Positions 40,233 through 51,290 of a stretch of 64,000 bases of DNA are shown piece by piece. Origin of the DNA: a virus; the IMG/VR virus record IMGVR_UViG_3300003629_000001, one strand, 5' to 3'. Below the pieces are notes generated by a model. That model did no database searches, was not told the origin of the DNA, and saw nothing but the letters and a program-made list of their open reading frames with translations. Numbering within the stretch: the first letter of the stretch is position 1; every line of letters starts with the position of its first letter. Both the position numbers and the translations under genes were made by a program.

Positions 40233-43157
40233 ATGAGTATGACACTAATCCGCGTTACCGACCTGATATACCGCGACTCCGACGAACACGGAGTGCTGGT
40301 AATCGTATCTGGTCGGGCGCGAAACGAGAACCCCGACGAACAGGACAAGCGGGTCGCGTGCCACATTACGGGTACGACTCCCTACGCCTTCGTCCCCGAC
40401 CACGACAACGTGGAACTGGATATAGGCGGTCACGTAGACCTAACGAACGAGATACCCGACGAAGACTGGGTGACGCACGTCGAACCCGGTTATCAGGGCT
40501 ACGACGGCGTGCCGCTCCGACGTGTAGAGGTAGCCGAACCCGGCAACGTCAACGACCTGAAAGAACACTTCGACGTTGTGTATGAGGCTGACGTTCCCTA
40601 CGTTCGCCGCTCGTCAATCGACTACGGACTCTCTGGTTACATCCGTGTCCCCAGCGAGAAAGTGAGCGAGGTTGGCGGGAGTGAGATTCGGGAGTCGGAC
40701 GCCGTGACGGTAGACGTGGACGAACTCGAAACCGAAATCGACAGCGGAGAACTCGAAGAGCAAATCGAACCCCGAGTTCTCATGGCTGACATTGAGGTGA
40801 TTCCGCCGGGCGAAGGGGGGTCGTTCGAGACGTTCACCGAGAAGGCCGAGAAGGCGGTCACGGCGATTACGACCTACGACACCTACGCCGAGGAATATAT
40901 CGCGTTCGTGCTTGACCCCGAAGACGTGGTGGAAGGCCACCGCGTCAAACAGCACCTCGCTGACCATTGGGACGACGACGAAATCGGCCACGGTGCGAAC
41001 TACGAGAAGTACGTCGGTCAGGCTGACATTAGGCTTATCAAGAGTACGACAGAGAAAGATATGCTCTTGTCGTTCATTGACGAGGTGGAAGAATACCGTC
41101 CAGACCTTTTGAGCGGCTGGAATTGGGTAGATTTCGACCACGAATACCTACTCAATCGGTTCCGCAATCACTTCGACGGTATCAATGAGCATAGACTGTC
41201 TGACATAGGTACTGTCAGCGGCTTCAAGACCAGCGAGAAAATCGACGGCCTCCCCGGCTTCGACATGATGGACGCGTTCTGTGAGAAAATGACGTTCTCA
41301 CAGTGGCGCTCGAAGAGCCTTGACTACGTGTCCAAGGAAGAGTTGAACACGGGGAAGGTGGCGGACGTGTCTATCGGGGAAGCCTACCAGAACGACCGCA
41401 ATCGCTTCCTCGCGTACAACATAATCGACACGCAACTGCTGGTCGGCATGGACGAGAAGCACGGGATTCATGAGTTCTTCTACGAACTCGCTGACCTGTC
41501 GTCCATCCAGATTTACGACACGTTCTCGGAAATGCGTCTCGTTGACGGCTTCCTCATGGCCCACCGAGACGACGACGAGATACTTCCCACCCAGTCCAAG
41601 AAGGACTTGGAAAGTATTCCCGGTGGGCTGGTTCTCTCCCCGAGTGACGGCGTGGAAGAGTGGGTCGCGGTGCTTGACCTGAAGAGCCTGTACCCGTCCA
41701 TCTTCATTACGCTGAACGTTTCGGAAGAGACGCTGACGAAGAACCCCGAGTACGCCGACTTGGTGTGTCCCGATATGCCAGCCAGCGAAGACGACGTTGG
41801 TGGCAAAATCGAAGACCACCACATCAAGTGGGACGTGGAAGAGGGCGCTGTCGGTATGCGTACTGACGAAGTGGGTGTAGGCGAAGGCGTTCTCCCGAAG
41901 TACCTCGCTCTGCTGTTCGAGGAACGTGCTGATAAGAAGGAGATTCGGAACCAGTACGAACACGGCGACCCGCGCTACACGGTTTGGGACAACAAGCAGA
42001 ACGCGGTGAAGGTTATCATGAACTCGTTCTACGGAGTGTCACAAAACAAATACTACCGCCTGTCTACGCCCATTCAGGGGAGTCAGGGTATCGGTAGTAC
42101 GATTACCGCTGGCGGACGGTACACTCTGTGGCGAGGGGCCGAAATCGCGGAGAAGATGGGCTATACTGTCAAATATGGAGATACTGACAGTATTATGATA
42201 AGTCTTGCTGACGCCGACGAAGACGTGACCGCACGGGAAGTAGTCGAACGTGGCAAGGAAGTGGAAGAAGAAATCAACGCGGCTATGGACGACGTAGCCG
42301 ACGAGTTCGGAGTCCCCGAGGAACACCCGTTCCTGAAGGACAAAGACCTACACGGGACTGACCGCCACTGTCTTCACTGGGAGTTCGAGAAACTGTATCG
42401 CCGCTTCCTACAGACCGGCAAGAAAAAGCGTTATGCTGGAAACAAAGCGTGGGAAGAGGGTGAGTGGCTTATCGACCCCGACGCCGTTGACCCCGATTTC
42501 CCGAAGCCGGACATTACCGGACTCGAAGCCAATCGGGCCGACGTACCGCCCATTACCGCCGAGACGCAACGTCGGGTAATCAAAATGGTACTCGCCGGTG
42601 CGGAGTTCGAGGAAGTGAGCGACTACCTCTCCGGTATCGTTCAGACGGTGAAGCACAACGAGAAGGAACTGTCGGAACTCGGGACGCCGGGCGTAATCAA
42701 CAAACCGCTCGAAGAGTACCCGAACCGTCCGACGAAGCGGGCGTGTCTCTACAGCAACGACCACCTCGGGTACTCGTTCCGCGAGGGCGACGACCCGTGG
42801 ATATACAAGATTCAGGACACTCCGGCCATGAAGCCCGCGACTGACGTGATAGCCCTCGAATGGTCGGACGAGGAACTACCCGACGGATACGGACTGGATA
42901 TTGAGGGTATCATCGAAAAGAAGATTCAAGACCCAATCGACCCCGTGGTTCCGTGGTCGTTCGAGGAACTTCGGTCGGGCCGTCAGGTCGAAGCAATCGA
43001 CTTGGGTGGCGGCGGCGATTCAAGCGACAATCCGTTCGCTTCCGCTTCCACCAGTAACGACGACGCTGATACCGATACTGACGACACCGAGGAAGAGTCC
43101 GAAGAGGAAGAAGAGAGCGACGACGAGGAAGCCACGAACAACCCCTTAGAATGGTAG
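40233..43157 (+). CDS. polB: Family B DNA polymerase, no intein
   Basis: Exonuclease motifs ADIEV, GWN..DFD and YNIID; polymerase motifs DLKSLYPS, KVIMNSFYG, YGDTDS and KKRYAG. Confidence 0.97.
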   Translation: MSMTLIRVTDLIYRDSDEHGVLVIVSGRARNENPDEQDKRVACHITGTTPYAFVPDHDNVELDIGGHVDLTNEIPDEDWVTHVEPGYQGYDGVPLRRVEVAEPGNVNDLKEHFDVVYEADVPYVRRSSIDYGLSGYIRVPSEKVSEVGGSEIRESDAVTVDVDELETEIDSGELEEQIEPRVLMADIEVIPPGEGGSFETFTEKAEKAVTAITTYDTYAEEYIAFVLDPEDVVEGHRVKQHLADHWDDDEIGHGANYEKYVGQADIRLIKSTTEKDMLLSFIDEVEEYRPDLLSGWNWVDFDHEYLLNRFRNHFDGINEHRLSDIGTVSGFKTSEKIDGLPGFDMMDAFCEKMTFSQWRSKSLDYVSKEELNTGKVADVSIGEAYQNDRNRFLAYNIIDTQLLVGMDEKHGIHEFFYELADLSSIQIYDTFSEMRLVDGFLMAHRDDDEILPTQSKKDLESIPGGLVLSPSDGVEEWVAVLDLKSLYPSIFITLNVSEETLTKNPEYADLVCPDMPASEDDVGGKIEDHHIKWDVEEGAVGMRTDEVGVGEGVLPKYLALLFEERADKKEIRNQYEHGDPRYTVWDNKQNAVKVIMNSFYGVSQNKYYRLSTPIQGSQGIGSTITAGGRYTLWRGAEIAEKMGYTVKYGDTDSIMISLADADEDVTAREVVERGKEVEEEINAAMDDVADEFGVPEEHPFLKDKDLHGTDRHCLHWEFEKLYRRFLQTGKKKRYAGNKAWEEGEWLIDPDAVDPDFPKPDITGLEANRADVPPITAETQRRVIKMVLAGAEFEEVSDYLSGIVQTVKHNEKELSELGTPGVINKPLEEYPNRPTKRACLYSNDHLGYSFREGDDPWIYKIQDTPAMKPATDVIALEWSDEELPDGYGLDIEGIIEKKIQDPIDPVVPWSFEELRSGRQVEAIDLGGGGDSSDNPFASASTSNDDADTDTDDTEEESEEEEESDDEEATNNPLEW

Positions 43158-43347
43158 AATTTCAAGAAAAAGCCGAAGCAATGGTCGGCAAAGTCGGAGA
43201 GGGAGAACCGCCCGGTAGTGACGAGACTTGCACGCTGTACGTCAAAGGCTGGTGTGGCGGTGGCAAAATCATGGTCACGACCAGTGGTACGAAGTACGCG
43301 TGGGAAATGGACGCTGAAGACCTTCGGAACGTCAGAGAGCCAAAACT

Positions 43348-43641
43348 ATGAGCGACGACAAGAACATTCTCGAACAGGCGAACGACACGGTTGCACAGCG
43401 GGCTGAAGAGTATGGCCCACCGGACGAGAACTTCCAGAAAGCCGCTGACCTGTGGTCAGCCTATCTCGGTGTGCCTATCTCGAAGTACGACTACGCTCAA
43501 ATGATGTTGCTCGCCAAGGTTGCACGGACGAAAACCGGCGACCCCGGAGAAGACGAAGAACTGGACAAGGTGGGGTACGCGTTCACTGGCGACCTTGTTC
43601 GGCGGAGCATGATGGAAGACGGGGTGTGGAATGACGAGTAA
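43348..43641 (+). CDS. DUF6378-like phage protein
   Basis: ILEQA...V..R...YGPP.ENF...A.LWSAYL...M.L.KVAR. Confidence 0.7.
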   Translation: MSDDKNILEQANDTVAQRAEEYGPPDENFQKAADLWSAYLGVPISKYDYAQMMLLAKVARTKTGDPGEDEELDKVGYAFTGDLVRRSMMEDGVWNDE

Positions 43642-44197
43642 GGTTGCTGTCGATATGGACAGCACTCTCGCCGCAACGTGGGAAATGGCCTTCGAGTTGC
43701 TGGAAGGCCCCGACCATGACAAGTCCTACGACGACTTAGCATATTGGGACTGGGGAGTTGACGAATACGGACACCCCCGGTTCCTGAACGCTCTGTGGGG
43801 CGCGTGGACGATTCGAGGGGCCGACATACCCCCGATGGAAAGTGGCCTCTCGAACGTCATTACGCGTCTGAACGAGGAACATGAGGTACACGTTGTTACC
43901 GCCCACCCGAATCGTCTCGGCCTTGACGAAGCCAAAGAAGAGTGGTTGGACGCGCAAGAGATTCCCTACGACAACTTCGTCTCACTCCCACCTCGGTTTA
44001 GCAAGGGGAAGTTCGAGCAATATCGGTGGTACATAGACGACAACCCCGGATTCGTAGACGAAGTGCCGGAACACGCTACGCTGTACTTGAGGAATCAGCG
44101 CTACAATAGGCATATCGACACAGACTCGTATGTTAGCGTGGAACGCGTAAGAACTGTAGCCGAGGGCGTGAATAGGATTCTTAATGACACTCAATGA
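43631..44197 (+). CDS. HAD-family 5'(3')-deoxyribonucleotidase
   Basis: VAVDMDSTLA, VVTA and YIDDNP. Confidence 0.75.
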   Translation: MTSKVAVDMDSTLAATWEMAFELLEGPDHDKSYDDLAYWDWGVDEYGHPRFLNALWGAWTIRGADIPPMESGLSNVITRLNEEHEVHVVTAHPNRLGLDEAKEEWLDAQEIPYDNFVSLPPRFSKGKFEQYRWYIDDNPGFVDEVPEHATLYLRNQRYNRHIDTDSYVSVERVRTVAEGVNRILNDTQ

Positions 44198-44311
44198 GTG
44201 TACGTGTGAGAATCCAGAGATAGAAGAGCGAGAAATGCTGTCCAGTGCGATTGAAAAGATAATCAAGTGCGTGTCGTGCGGCGCGTCGAAAATCGAATGG
44301 AAACAAGTCCC

Positions 44312-44920
44312 ATGACAGATTCAAACGGAACCTTCGTCACACTCGAAGGTATCGACGGTAGCGGGAAGACCAGTGCGGCAAAAGTGATTCAGGAAGAGTA
44401 CAAGGCAACGGTTCAGACGCAAGAGCCGAGCGACCTGTGGACTGGCAAGCAGGTCAGGCGGGCTATCAGTAACGACGAAGCCGACGTACACCCACTCACG
44501 ACGTTCTTCCTGTTCATGGCGGATAGGAACCACCACATCAACGAACGTATTCAGGACGCACTTGACGACGATATGCTGGTGGTCAGTGACCGGTATTCCG
44601 ACAGCACGTTGGCGTATCAGCCGGTCGCCCTTGAAGACCACCTCGAAGACGCTCCGACGTTTATGCGCGACGTTATGGCGGAATGGAACCTCGAACCTGA
44701 CCTGACTATCTATCTGGACGTATCCGTTGATACGGCTATCGAGCGTTCTGTTGGTGACGAGGAATACGAGAACCGCGAGTTTCTTGAGGGTGTCAAGGCC
44801 AACTACGACGAGATTCGTGACGAGTTCGACCACCGGTACGTCACACTGAACGCCGAGAAACCGATTGACCACGTTCAGAAAGAAGTGCTACAGATAGTCG
44901 AAGCCTACTACGATAACTAA
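44312..44920 (+). CDS. tmk: Thymidylate kinase
   Basis: FVTLEGIDGSGKTS, LFMADR, VVSDRYSDSTLAYQ and PDLTIYLDV. Confidence 0.95.
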   Translation: MTDSNGTFVTLEGIDGSGKTSAAKVIQEEYKATVQTQEPSDLWTGKQVRRAISNDEADVHPLTTFFLFMADRNHHINERIQDALDDDMLVVSDRYSDSTLAYQPVALEDHLEDAPTFMRDVMAEWNLEPDLTIYLDVSVDTAIERSVGDEEYENREFLEGVKANYDEIRDEFDHRYVTLNAEKPIDHVQKEVLQIVEAYYDN

Positions 44921-44922
44921 CC

Positions 44923-45237
44923 ATGCCTGAACCACAGAGAATTGCTGTCGATTTCGACAAGACGCTCACTGACCCGGACGGCGGGACGTACTTCACAGAC
45001 GAACCGACGCTCCCGAACAACAACATGATAATGTGGGTCAACGAGCGTTACAAGGAAGGTCACACTATCATTATCCATACCGCTCGCCCGTGGTCGGAAG
45101 CCATGAAGACAGTCGGGAAACTGACCGAGTGGGGCGTCCGCTGGCACGGGATTCGGATGGATAAAGGGGCCGCTGACGTGTACGTTGACGACAAAGCGCT
45201 ACAGCCTGAAGAAGCCCGGAGTGATAATCATGTCTGA
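44923..45237 (+). CDS. Minimal HAD phosphatase
   Basis: IAVDFDKTLT, IHTAR and K..ADVYVDDKA. Confidence 0.75.
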   Translation: MPEPQRIAVDFDKTLTDPDGGTYFTDEPTLPNNNMIMWVNERYKEGHTIIIHTARPWSEAMKTVGKLTEWGVRWHGIRMDKGAADVYVDDKALQPEEARSDNHV

Positions 45238-45433
45238 ATGTCCAAACTGTAAGTCTGAACAGATTCGAGAGCGAGGGGCTAATCTCCTTCGTAACGTCAA
45301 GCGCCGCGAGCGGGGAGAGAAATTAGACCCGTTCGTGTGTGACGCCTGTGAGTGGTCGGGAACCGAGGAAATGCTGGTCATGGACGAAGACGACGAAGTT
45401 CAGGTTGATACACTGAACCCGATGGAATACTAA
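45230..45433 (+). CDS. Zn-ribbon microprotein with C-terminal NPMEY motif
   Basis: CPNC...CDAC. Confidence 0.65.
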   Translation: MSECPNCKSEQIRERGANLLRNVKRRERGEKLDPFVCDACEWSGTEEMLVMDEDDEVQVDTLNPMEY

Positions 45434-46657
45434 TGGATAGGTCAAGCGACGGCGACCCGAACGGAAATCCTCGCATTACAGGCGGGAGTCATCCGAAGTG
45501 CGAGGAATGCGGGTCGAAAATAGTTCCACACTTCACGTCGTTCGGTTTCTGGTATCACTGTAAAAACTGTGGTCACAATGGCGGCGACGGTTCAGTCGAA
45601 CAGGTGGCCGAGTTATGAGTCACCGTCAGCACCCCAGTTGGATTGTTCGTCACACACTCTTCGTCGCGTGTACGATTATCGTGACGTTCCTGCTACTGGG
45701 TTTCGCAATCATACACTTCGCATGAAAGAGAAAATGGAAGCGTACCTCGACCCGTTCGACGGTGACGGCATACTTCACAATAGGGATAATATGGACGAAG
45801 ACGACGAAACAGAGTACGAATGTAGCGAGTGCGGGGCGGATTGGGAAGGAGAATCGTGCTTCGGGTACGTCAACCCGGTTTGTAGCGAATGCGGAACCGT
45901 AGCGCCACAGGCGAAGGTAGAGAAATGATAGAACCGATTTACCAGAACTATCAGGTCGAACACAACAACGAGGAAGAGGGAATGGCAATGCAAATGTACC
46001 AAGACGAAACTGTTCTTGGCGGGTTTCGGATAGTCAAATGAGAGCCAAAGTCCGGTGTGGCGCTCCGAAAGCGCGTGGTCATGAAGGAGTATGTGACCGT
46101 CTCGCCGCTACTCCGTACTGTCCCGAGCATATGTTCTACGCCGACGAGGGTGGATTGTTCAAGGTCGTTCTCGAAGACGACCGGGTGCTGGTCGTTCGCG
46201 CCCGAAGACTCGGTGACGTGTGCGATTTCATCAAACCCGGAGTAGAGATAGAGAGGGTAATCTAATGCCAGCCGACCCCAGCAACATCAAAGAACGACTT
46301 GTAATCAGCGACGACTATCAGGACGATAAAGTGTGGATTGAGTTCTACACCAATACTTCAGTAGCGATTGGCCGTGGCGAGGAAGGGCCAAATCAAGACC
46401 GTGTGTGGTTGGACGGGAAAGAGAAGCATGGCATATTTGAGGCGCTGTCTGACCACCTCGGAGAGGTAGAAGAGATAACTGTCGAAATAACGAAATGACC
46501 GTCGAACCTGTTTGGGTGGAAAAGCATGGTGAGCGGTTTCATCCTCGCATTGGTGGTGGTTGTAGACAGAAAACACGAAGATTGGTGCTTCGGGGATTTC
46601 AAGTTCAAAGATGAACCCACCCAGCGGCTTTTGTTTGTCTGATAGGGATAATACTGT

Positions 46658-47041
46658 ATGGACTTTCCAAACGAAGACGAACCTGACGGCGACCGCTTTC
46701 TCCCACACCACTATCTACATGGGGCTTGGGCGCTCTTGCTGATAGCCCTGATTCACGACGCGACATTCGTTTTGGTTCCGATATTCCTGTCGCTCTTCGG
46801 CTGGTATCACGTATGGTTCCACTACCACGCGTTCGGGGCCAGCCTGACGCTGATAGGCTTGAGCGCCGCGCTGGGTGGGGCAATCATGAGTCCCGCACTT
46901 TCACCCACAATGAAGTTTTTCGCTACTGTGGCCTTCCTGTGGGCGCTTGACGACGCCTACGAACACGCGACCGGAGTATGGACGCCATTGGACTGGCTCT
47001 GGAACAACCACCTTCGGAAGTACGTCAAACGGCTGGATTAA
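46658..47041 (+). CDS. Multi-pass membrane protein
   Basis: HHYLHG, several hydrophobic segments and DDAYEH. Confidence 0.6.
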   Translation: MDFPNEDEPDGDRFLPHHYLHGAWALLLIALIHDATFVLVPIFLSLFGWYHVWFHYHAFGASLTLIGLSAALGGAIMSPALSPTMKFFATVAFLWALDDAYEHATGVWTPLDWLWNNHLRKYVKRLD

Positions 47042-47097
47042 TCCCCTTCAAGAAGTTTTATAATCCTATAGACTGAAGCGTAGGTAGAGGGATAGAA

Positions 47098-48495
47098 ATG
47101 CCCAAGCAAACGATAGAGGGTGAGTCAACGACCGCGACGGTCATGACTGACCAATACGACGACAATTGTGGTGAGCAAATTCAGACGATTGCTGACCACG
47201 AAGCCTTCGAGAATCCGATAGCCATTATGCCGGACTGTCACTACGGAAGTGGCGCTGTCATTGGCTTTACCATGTCTATCGGAGAGCGTGTCGTCCCGAA
47301 CACGGTGGGAGTTGACATTGGCTGTGGCATGACCGCACGCCACCTTGGCGACGACCTATTCGCTGACGCTCCCGAGTATATCGGAATGCCGGAGATAGAC
47401 GAACTCATTCGGAGCAACATTCCGTTCGGGAGAGAGGTGTACGACTACGAGGAACAGAACTACCACATTGTAGACGATTTCCCGTGGGACGAATGTCAGG
47501 ACACCTTCGAGAAGTTCGTAGAGGCTGTTGACTGGCTTGACCAGTCCGACGTAGACGAGTTCATGGGGTACGGAAAAGCATACTTCATGGACGTGTGCCA
47601 GCGGGTACACTACGACCAGAGTCGGGCTATCAACAGTCTCGGGACGCTTGGTGGCGGGAATCACTTCGTAGAGATTGCCGAGTCTGAAAAGAACGGTGAC
47701 TACTGGGTTGTCGTCCACTCGGGGAGTCGGGGTATCGGCCTCTCAATCGCCCAGCACTGGCAAGATAAGGCGACCCAGTTCACGACCGCTCGGAAGAACA
47801 TCGAAGACGTTCCCGACGACCTTCGGCCCTACCTCAAGGAGAACTGGAAGCCGGACGCTGACGCGATTCGCTCGGATTTCGAGGGCGAAGAGATTCAGCG
47901 TATGTTCGACCGTATTAGCGGTGCAATTCAGGAATACGGCCCGAACGCTGACAATCGCAACAACGACCTTGACTGGCTGGAAGGCGACGAAGCACTCGGC
48001 TACTGTATCGACATGATTTTTGCCCAACGCTACGCGAGCGAGTCACGGCGGATTATGGTCGATACCGTTGCTGACCTGATTGGAAACGCTACTGAAGTCG
48101 AGTACGTGGAATCCACGCACAATTATATCGACTTTCAGGACGGCATGATTCGCAAGGGCGCGACGAAGGCCAACGAGGGCGAGCGTCTGATTATCCCGTT
48201 CAACATGAGAGACGGTACTATCGTTTGTCGTGGGAAGGGCAACGACGACTGGAATATGTCGGCCCCACACGGCGCTGGACGCCGTATGAGTCGAACGCGT
48301 GCGTTTTCGGAACTGGACGTAGACGAGTTCCACGACACCATGAGCGACGTGTTCAGCACTTCGGTCAACGAAGAGACGCTGGACGAAGCCCCCGCCGCCT
48401 ACAAGGACACCGCTGTCATTGAGTCGGTAATCGAAGAGACAGCGGAAATCGAAGACCGCTGGACTCCGGTCATGAACCTCAAGGCCGAAGAGTGA
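47098..48495 (+). CDS. rtcB: RtcB RNA ligase
   Basis: MPDCH, VGVDIGCGM, GTLGGGNHFVE, HSGSRG, HNY, RKGAT and SAPHGAGRRMSR. Confidence 0.96.
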   Translation: MPKQTIEGESTTATVMTDQYDDNCGEQIQTIADHEAFENPIAIMPDCHYGSGAVIGFTMSIGERVVPNTVGVDIGCGMTARHLGDDLFADAPEYIGMPEIDELIRSNIPFGREVYDYEEQNYHIVDDFPWDECQDTFEKFVEAVDWLDQSDVDEFMGYGKAYFMDVCQRVHYDQSRAINSLGTLGGGNHFVEIAESEKNGDYWVVVHSGSRGIGLSIAQHWQDKATQFTTARKNIEDVPDDLRPYLKENWKPDADAIRSDFEGEEIQRMFDRISGAIQEYGPNADNRNNDLDWLEGDEALGYCIDMIFAQRYASESRRIMVDTVADLIGNATEVEYVESTHNYIDFQDGMIRKGATKANEGERLIIPFNMRDGTIVCRGKGNDDWNMSAPHGAGRRMSRTRAFSELDVDEFHDTMSDVFSTSVNEETLDEAPAAYKDTAVIESVIEETAEIEDRWTPVMNLKAEE

Positions 48496-48628
48496 CGGGG
48501 TTAATCCTCGTCATGCCGGGTGGCGGGGAACAGAGGATTCCCGACGCGGATGAACTAATCGAACAACTTCGAGACGGAAACGGACACCACGTCACTGACG
48601 ACGGTGCGTGGGTGCGGGCAACAGCAAA

Positions 48629-48940
48629 ATGACTGAACTACGAGACTTACAACACGAAGCGTGGATGATAGCCGAAGAGAGTGGTTTCCATGAAGGCGAC
48701 GAAGCCGGGGAAGACGCTCGGAGTCGGGCGAAGATACTCGCTCTGATTCACTCCGAAATCTCCGAAGCACTCGAAGCGGACAGGGAAGGCGACGACGAGA
48801 ACTACCGGGAAGAACTTGCTGATACGGTTATCAGGATTCTTGACCACGCCGAGACGGAAGGTATCGACCTGACCGAAGAGATAGAAGCAAAGTTCGAGGT
48901 GAACCGCGACCGGGAGTTCAAGCACGGGAAGCAATACTAA
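48629..48940 (+). CDS. MazG-like NTP pyrophosphohydrolase
   Basis: LIHSEISEALEA...EELADTVIRILD...K...N..R..KHGK. Confidence 0.85.
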   Translation: MTELRDLQHEAWMIAEESGFHEGDEAGEDARSRAKILALIHSEISEALEADREGDDENYREELADTVIRILDHAETEGIDLTEEIEAKFEVNRDREFKHGKQY

Positions 48941-50039
48941 TGGACGAACTCTCAATCACGGAACTGGACGACAAGGAAGGCGTCGTCTACGTTCTCGGTA
49001 TCGCTCACAAAGCCCCCGAGTCCGTTCGGAAGTGGTTCTACGGCGACGAGTTCCGAAATGCCTTCCTCAAGCGATTCGACCATGCTGAAATGCTTCGTGT
49101 TCCGGGCGCGGTTGGAACAGTCGAAGTGACTGAAACGTCGAAGCAAGAACTCGAAGAGTTGTTAGACCTATGAGCGTTCGTCCGAACTACGGTCAGCGAC
49201 GGATTCACGTCACGCCCGAAGTGATAGAAGCGTGGCTGGTCAACGAGAACCGGGTGACGGCTAACTTACCGGACGACGCCCGTTTCGTTCGGATGTACGC
49301 TCGTGACCGTGGTGGGTACTACCTCGTCTTCGAGAGTACCGAGTGGGACGAACTCGCTGAAGGCGAGAATATCCCGAAGGAGAGCGTCACGGTCGAACGA
49401 GCGAATACGAGAGTCACAATTCAAAAATGACTGATACGGATAATCTGACGACAGTTCCGTGTGGCTGTGGCGATTTCAGTATAGAGGTGTCGAATACCTC
49501 TGTCGTCAACAAGTTCGACGTGGTGTGTCCCGAGTGCGACAACCACTTTGGGTGGCGAGAGAAATCGGGGAAATACAACTTCCTCGAAGAACTGTCCGCC
49601 CTCGAACACCGTCAGTGGATTCACTGGACGAAAGCGCTGGCGAAGCGCGAAGACCTTCCTGACGGACTCGTAGAGCGCTGGGAAGAGAACTGGATTCCCT
49701 ACGGGGAACTCGAAGACGACGTGAAAGAGCAAGACCGCGAGTGGGCGCGTAAAGCCCTCAAAATCATGAAAGGTAATCACGAATGAGAGGTTTCGGTGAC
49801 GCTATTCAGTTGGCACAGAAAGAAGCGGAACGGCGTTTCCCCGAGGGGGAGTACACCCTTCAAACGCTACAGTGGTGCGACGGCGACTACCGAATCACTG
49901 TCCGAAACGGGTTTAGCATGACCGAGGAAGAGAACTCACTACAGAAAGAAATCGTCGTGACGCCGCACCAAGCGAAGGTGCAACTTCGAGAGACTACCCA
50001 GTCGGAAGAGTATAGCGTCCACGACGAAGAGGTGCTACA

Positions 50040-51290
50040 ATGAGCGAAGAGTCGTGGGTAGAGAAGTACAGACCCGAGGTGTGGGGTGACATTCAGGGGA
50101 ACAATAGTGACCTTGACGACCTGAAAGACTGGTGTCGTAATTTCACTCCCGGCGATACGCCGCAATTGTTAGTCGGGACGCAAGGCACTGGGAAGACCAG
50201 CACAGCGAACGTAATCGCCAACAAGATGGATTGGCCGATGAATCAGACCAACGCCAGTGACAAGCGCTCTTCGGAAGATATAGCGCGACTGGCGGCGTCT
50301 ATCTACACCACGCCACCGGACGCGGAGTTCCAACTGGTGCTGATTGACGAGATAGACAGTCAGTCGTCTCGCACTAACAAGCGTCCGTTGTACGACGCGC
50401 TGGACTCTCCGAATAACCCTGTTATCATTACGGCGAACGACGAGTACGATATTCCACAGGGTATCAAGAGTCGCTGTAAGATTCGGGAGTTTAAACTGTC
50501 GAAGGCGTCGAAGGCGGCTAAACTGAAAGACATAGCCGAAGCCGAGGGCATTCGAGACGAAATGTCCGACGCTGACCTTGAAGACCTATCCGAGCGGGCT
50601 GACCTTCGCTCCGCGATTCAGGATATGCAAACGTGGGCGAAGCAGGATATTCCGCCGGGTCAGGACGAACGTGACGTGGAAATCGGTGAGTTCGAGGTTA
50701 TGGATAATATCATGCGAGGGACGAAGGAAGCGGGTCAGGTCAGCCCGCCCGATTTGGTCATGTGGCTTGACGAGAACCTTCGCAAAGAGTTCCGGGGCGT
50801 CGAAGCGCTCACCGCCTACGACACGCTCGCCAACGCCGACAAGTGGCTCGCACGCGCCCAGCAGGAAGACTATCGGTTCTGGAAGTACGCTGGGGAATTG
50901 GCCGAACAGACGGCGACACAGCGCGTGACAGAGCCTTACGACGGCTGGATGGACAAGGACTTTCCCGAGTGGTTCCGGCACAAGCAACCCAACGCGCACG
51001 GGGAGAAGCCCGAAGCGCGGCTGTACCGGAAACTTAAGGACTGGGAAGGCGGTTCTTTCCAGTTCGCCGGGGACTACACCCACTTCCTGAACGTGGTGCT
51101 ACCCCTACTCGAAGACCTACCGCTGGACGAGCGCCGTCAAATGGTGTTAGAATTGAGCCTTGACGACGGCGAAATGGAAGCGCTGGGTGTCAGTCCGAAG
51201 CGCTATAAGAAGTGGGCACAGTCGGACGTACCAGCCGAGCGCCAGCAGAACGAAGCGGAACTACAGACGACGGACGTGCTGGACTACTAA
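50040..51290 (+). CDS. rfcL: Replication factor C large subunit
   Basis: WVEKYRP, GTQGTGKTS, NASDKR, LIDEID, DLRSAI.D and WLDEN. Confidence 0.9.
   Translation: MSEESWVEKYRPEVWGDIQGNNSDLDDLKDWCRNFTPGDTPQLLVGTQGTGKTSTANVIANKMDWPMNQTNASDKRSSEDIARLAASIYTTPPDAEFQLVLIDEIDSQSSRTNKRPLYDALDSPNNPVIITANDEYDIPQGIKSRCKIREFKLSKASKAAKLKDIAEAEGIRDEMSDADLEDLSERADLRSAIQDMQTWAKQDIPPGQDERDVEIGEFEVMDNIMRGTKEAGQVSPPDLVMWLDENLRKEFRGVEALTAYDTLANADKWLARAQQEDYRFWKYAGELAEQTATQRVTEPYDGWMDKDFPEWFRHKQPNAHGEKPEARLYRKLKDWEGGSFQFAGDYTHFLNVVLPLLEDLPLDERRQMVLELSLDDGEMEALGVSPKRYKKWAQSDVPAERQQNEAELQTTDVLDY

Noticed and set aside
40233-48495. Inteins in PolB, RtcB or RFC
   Set aside because: Protein lengths are normal and the catalytic motifs are contiguous, with no intein splice-junction signatures.
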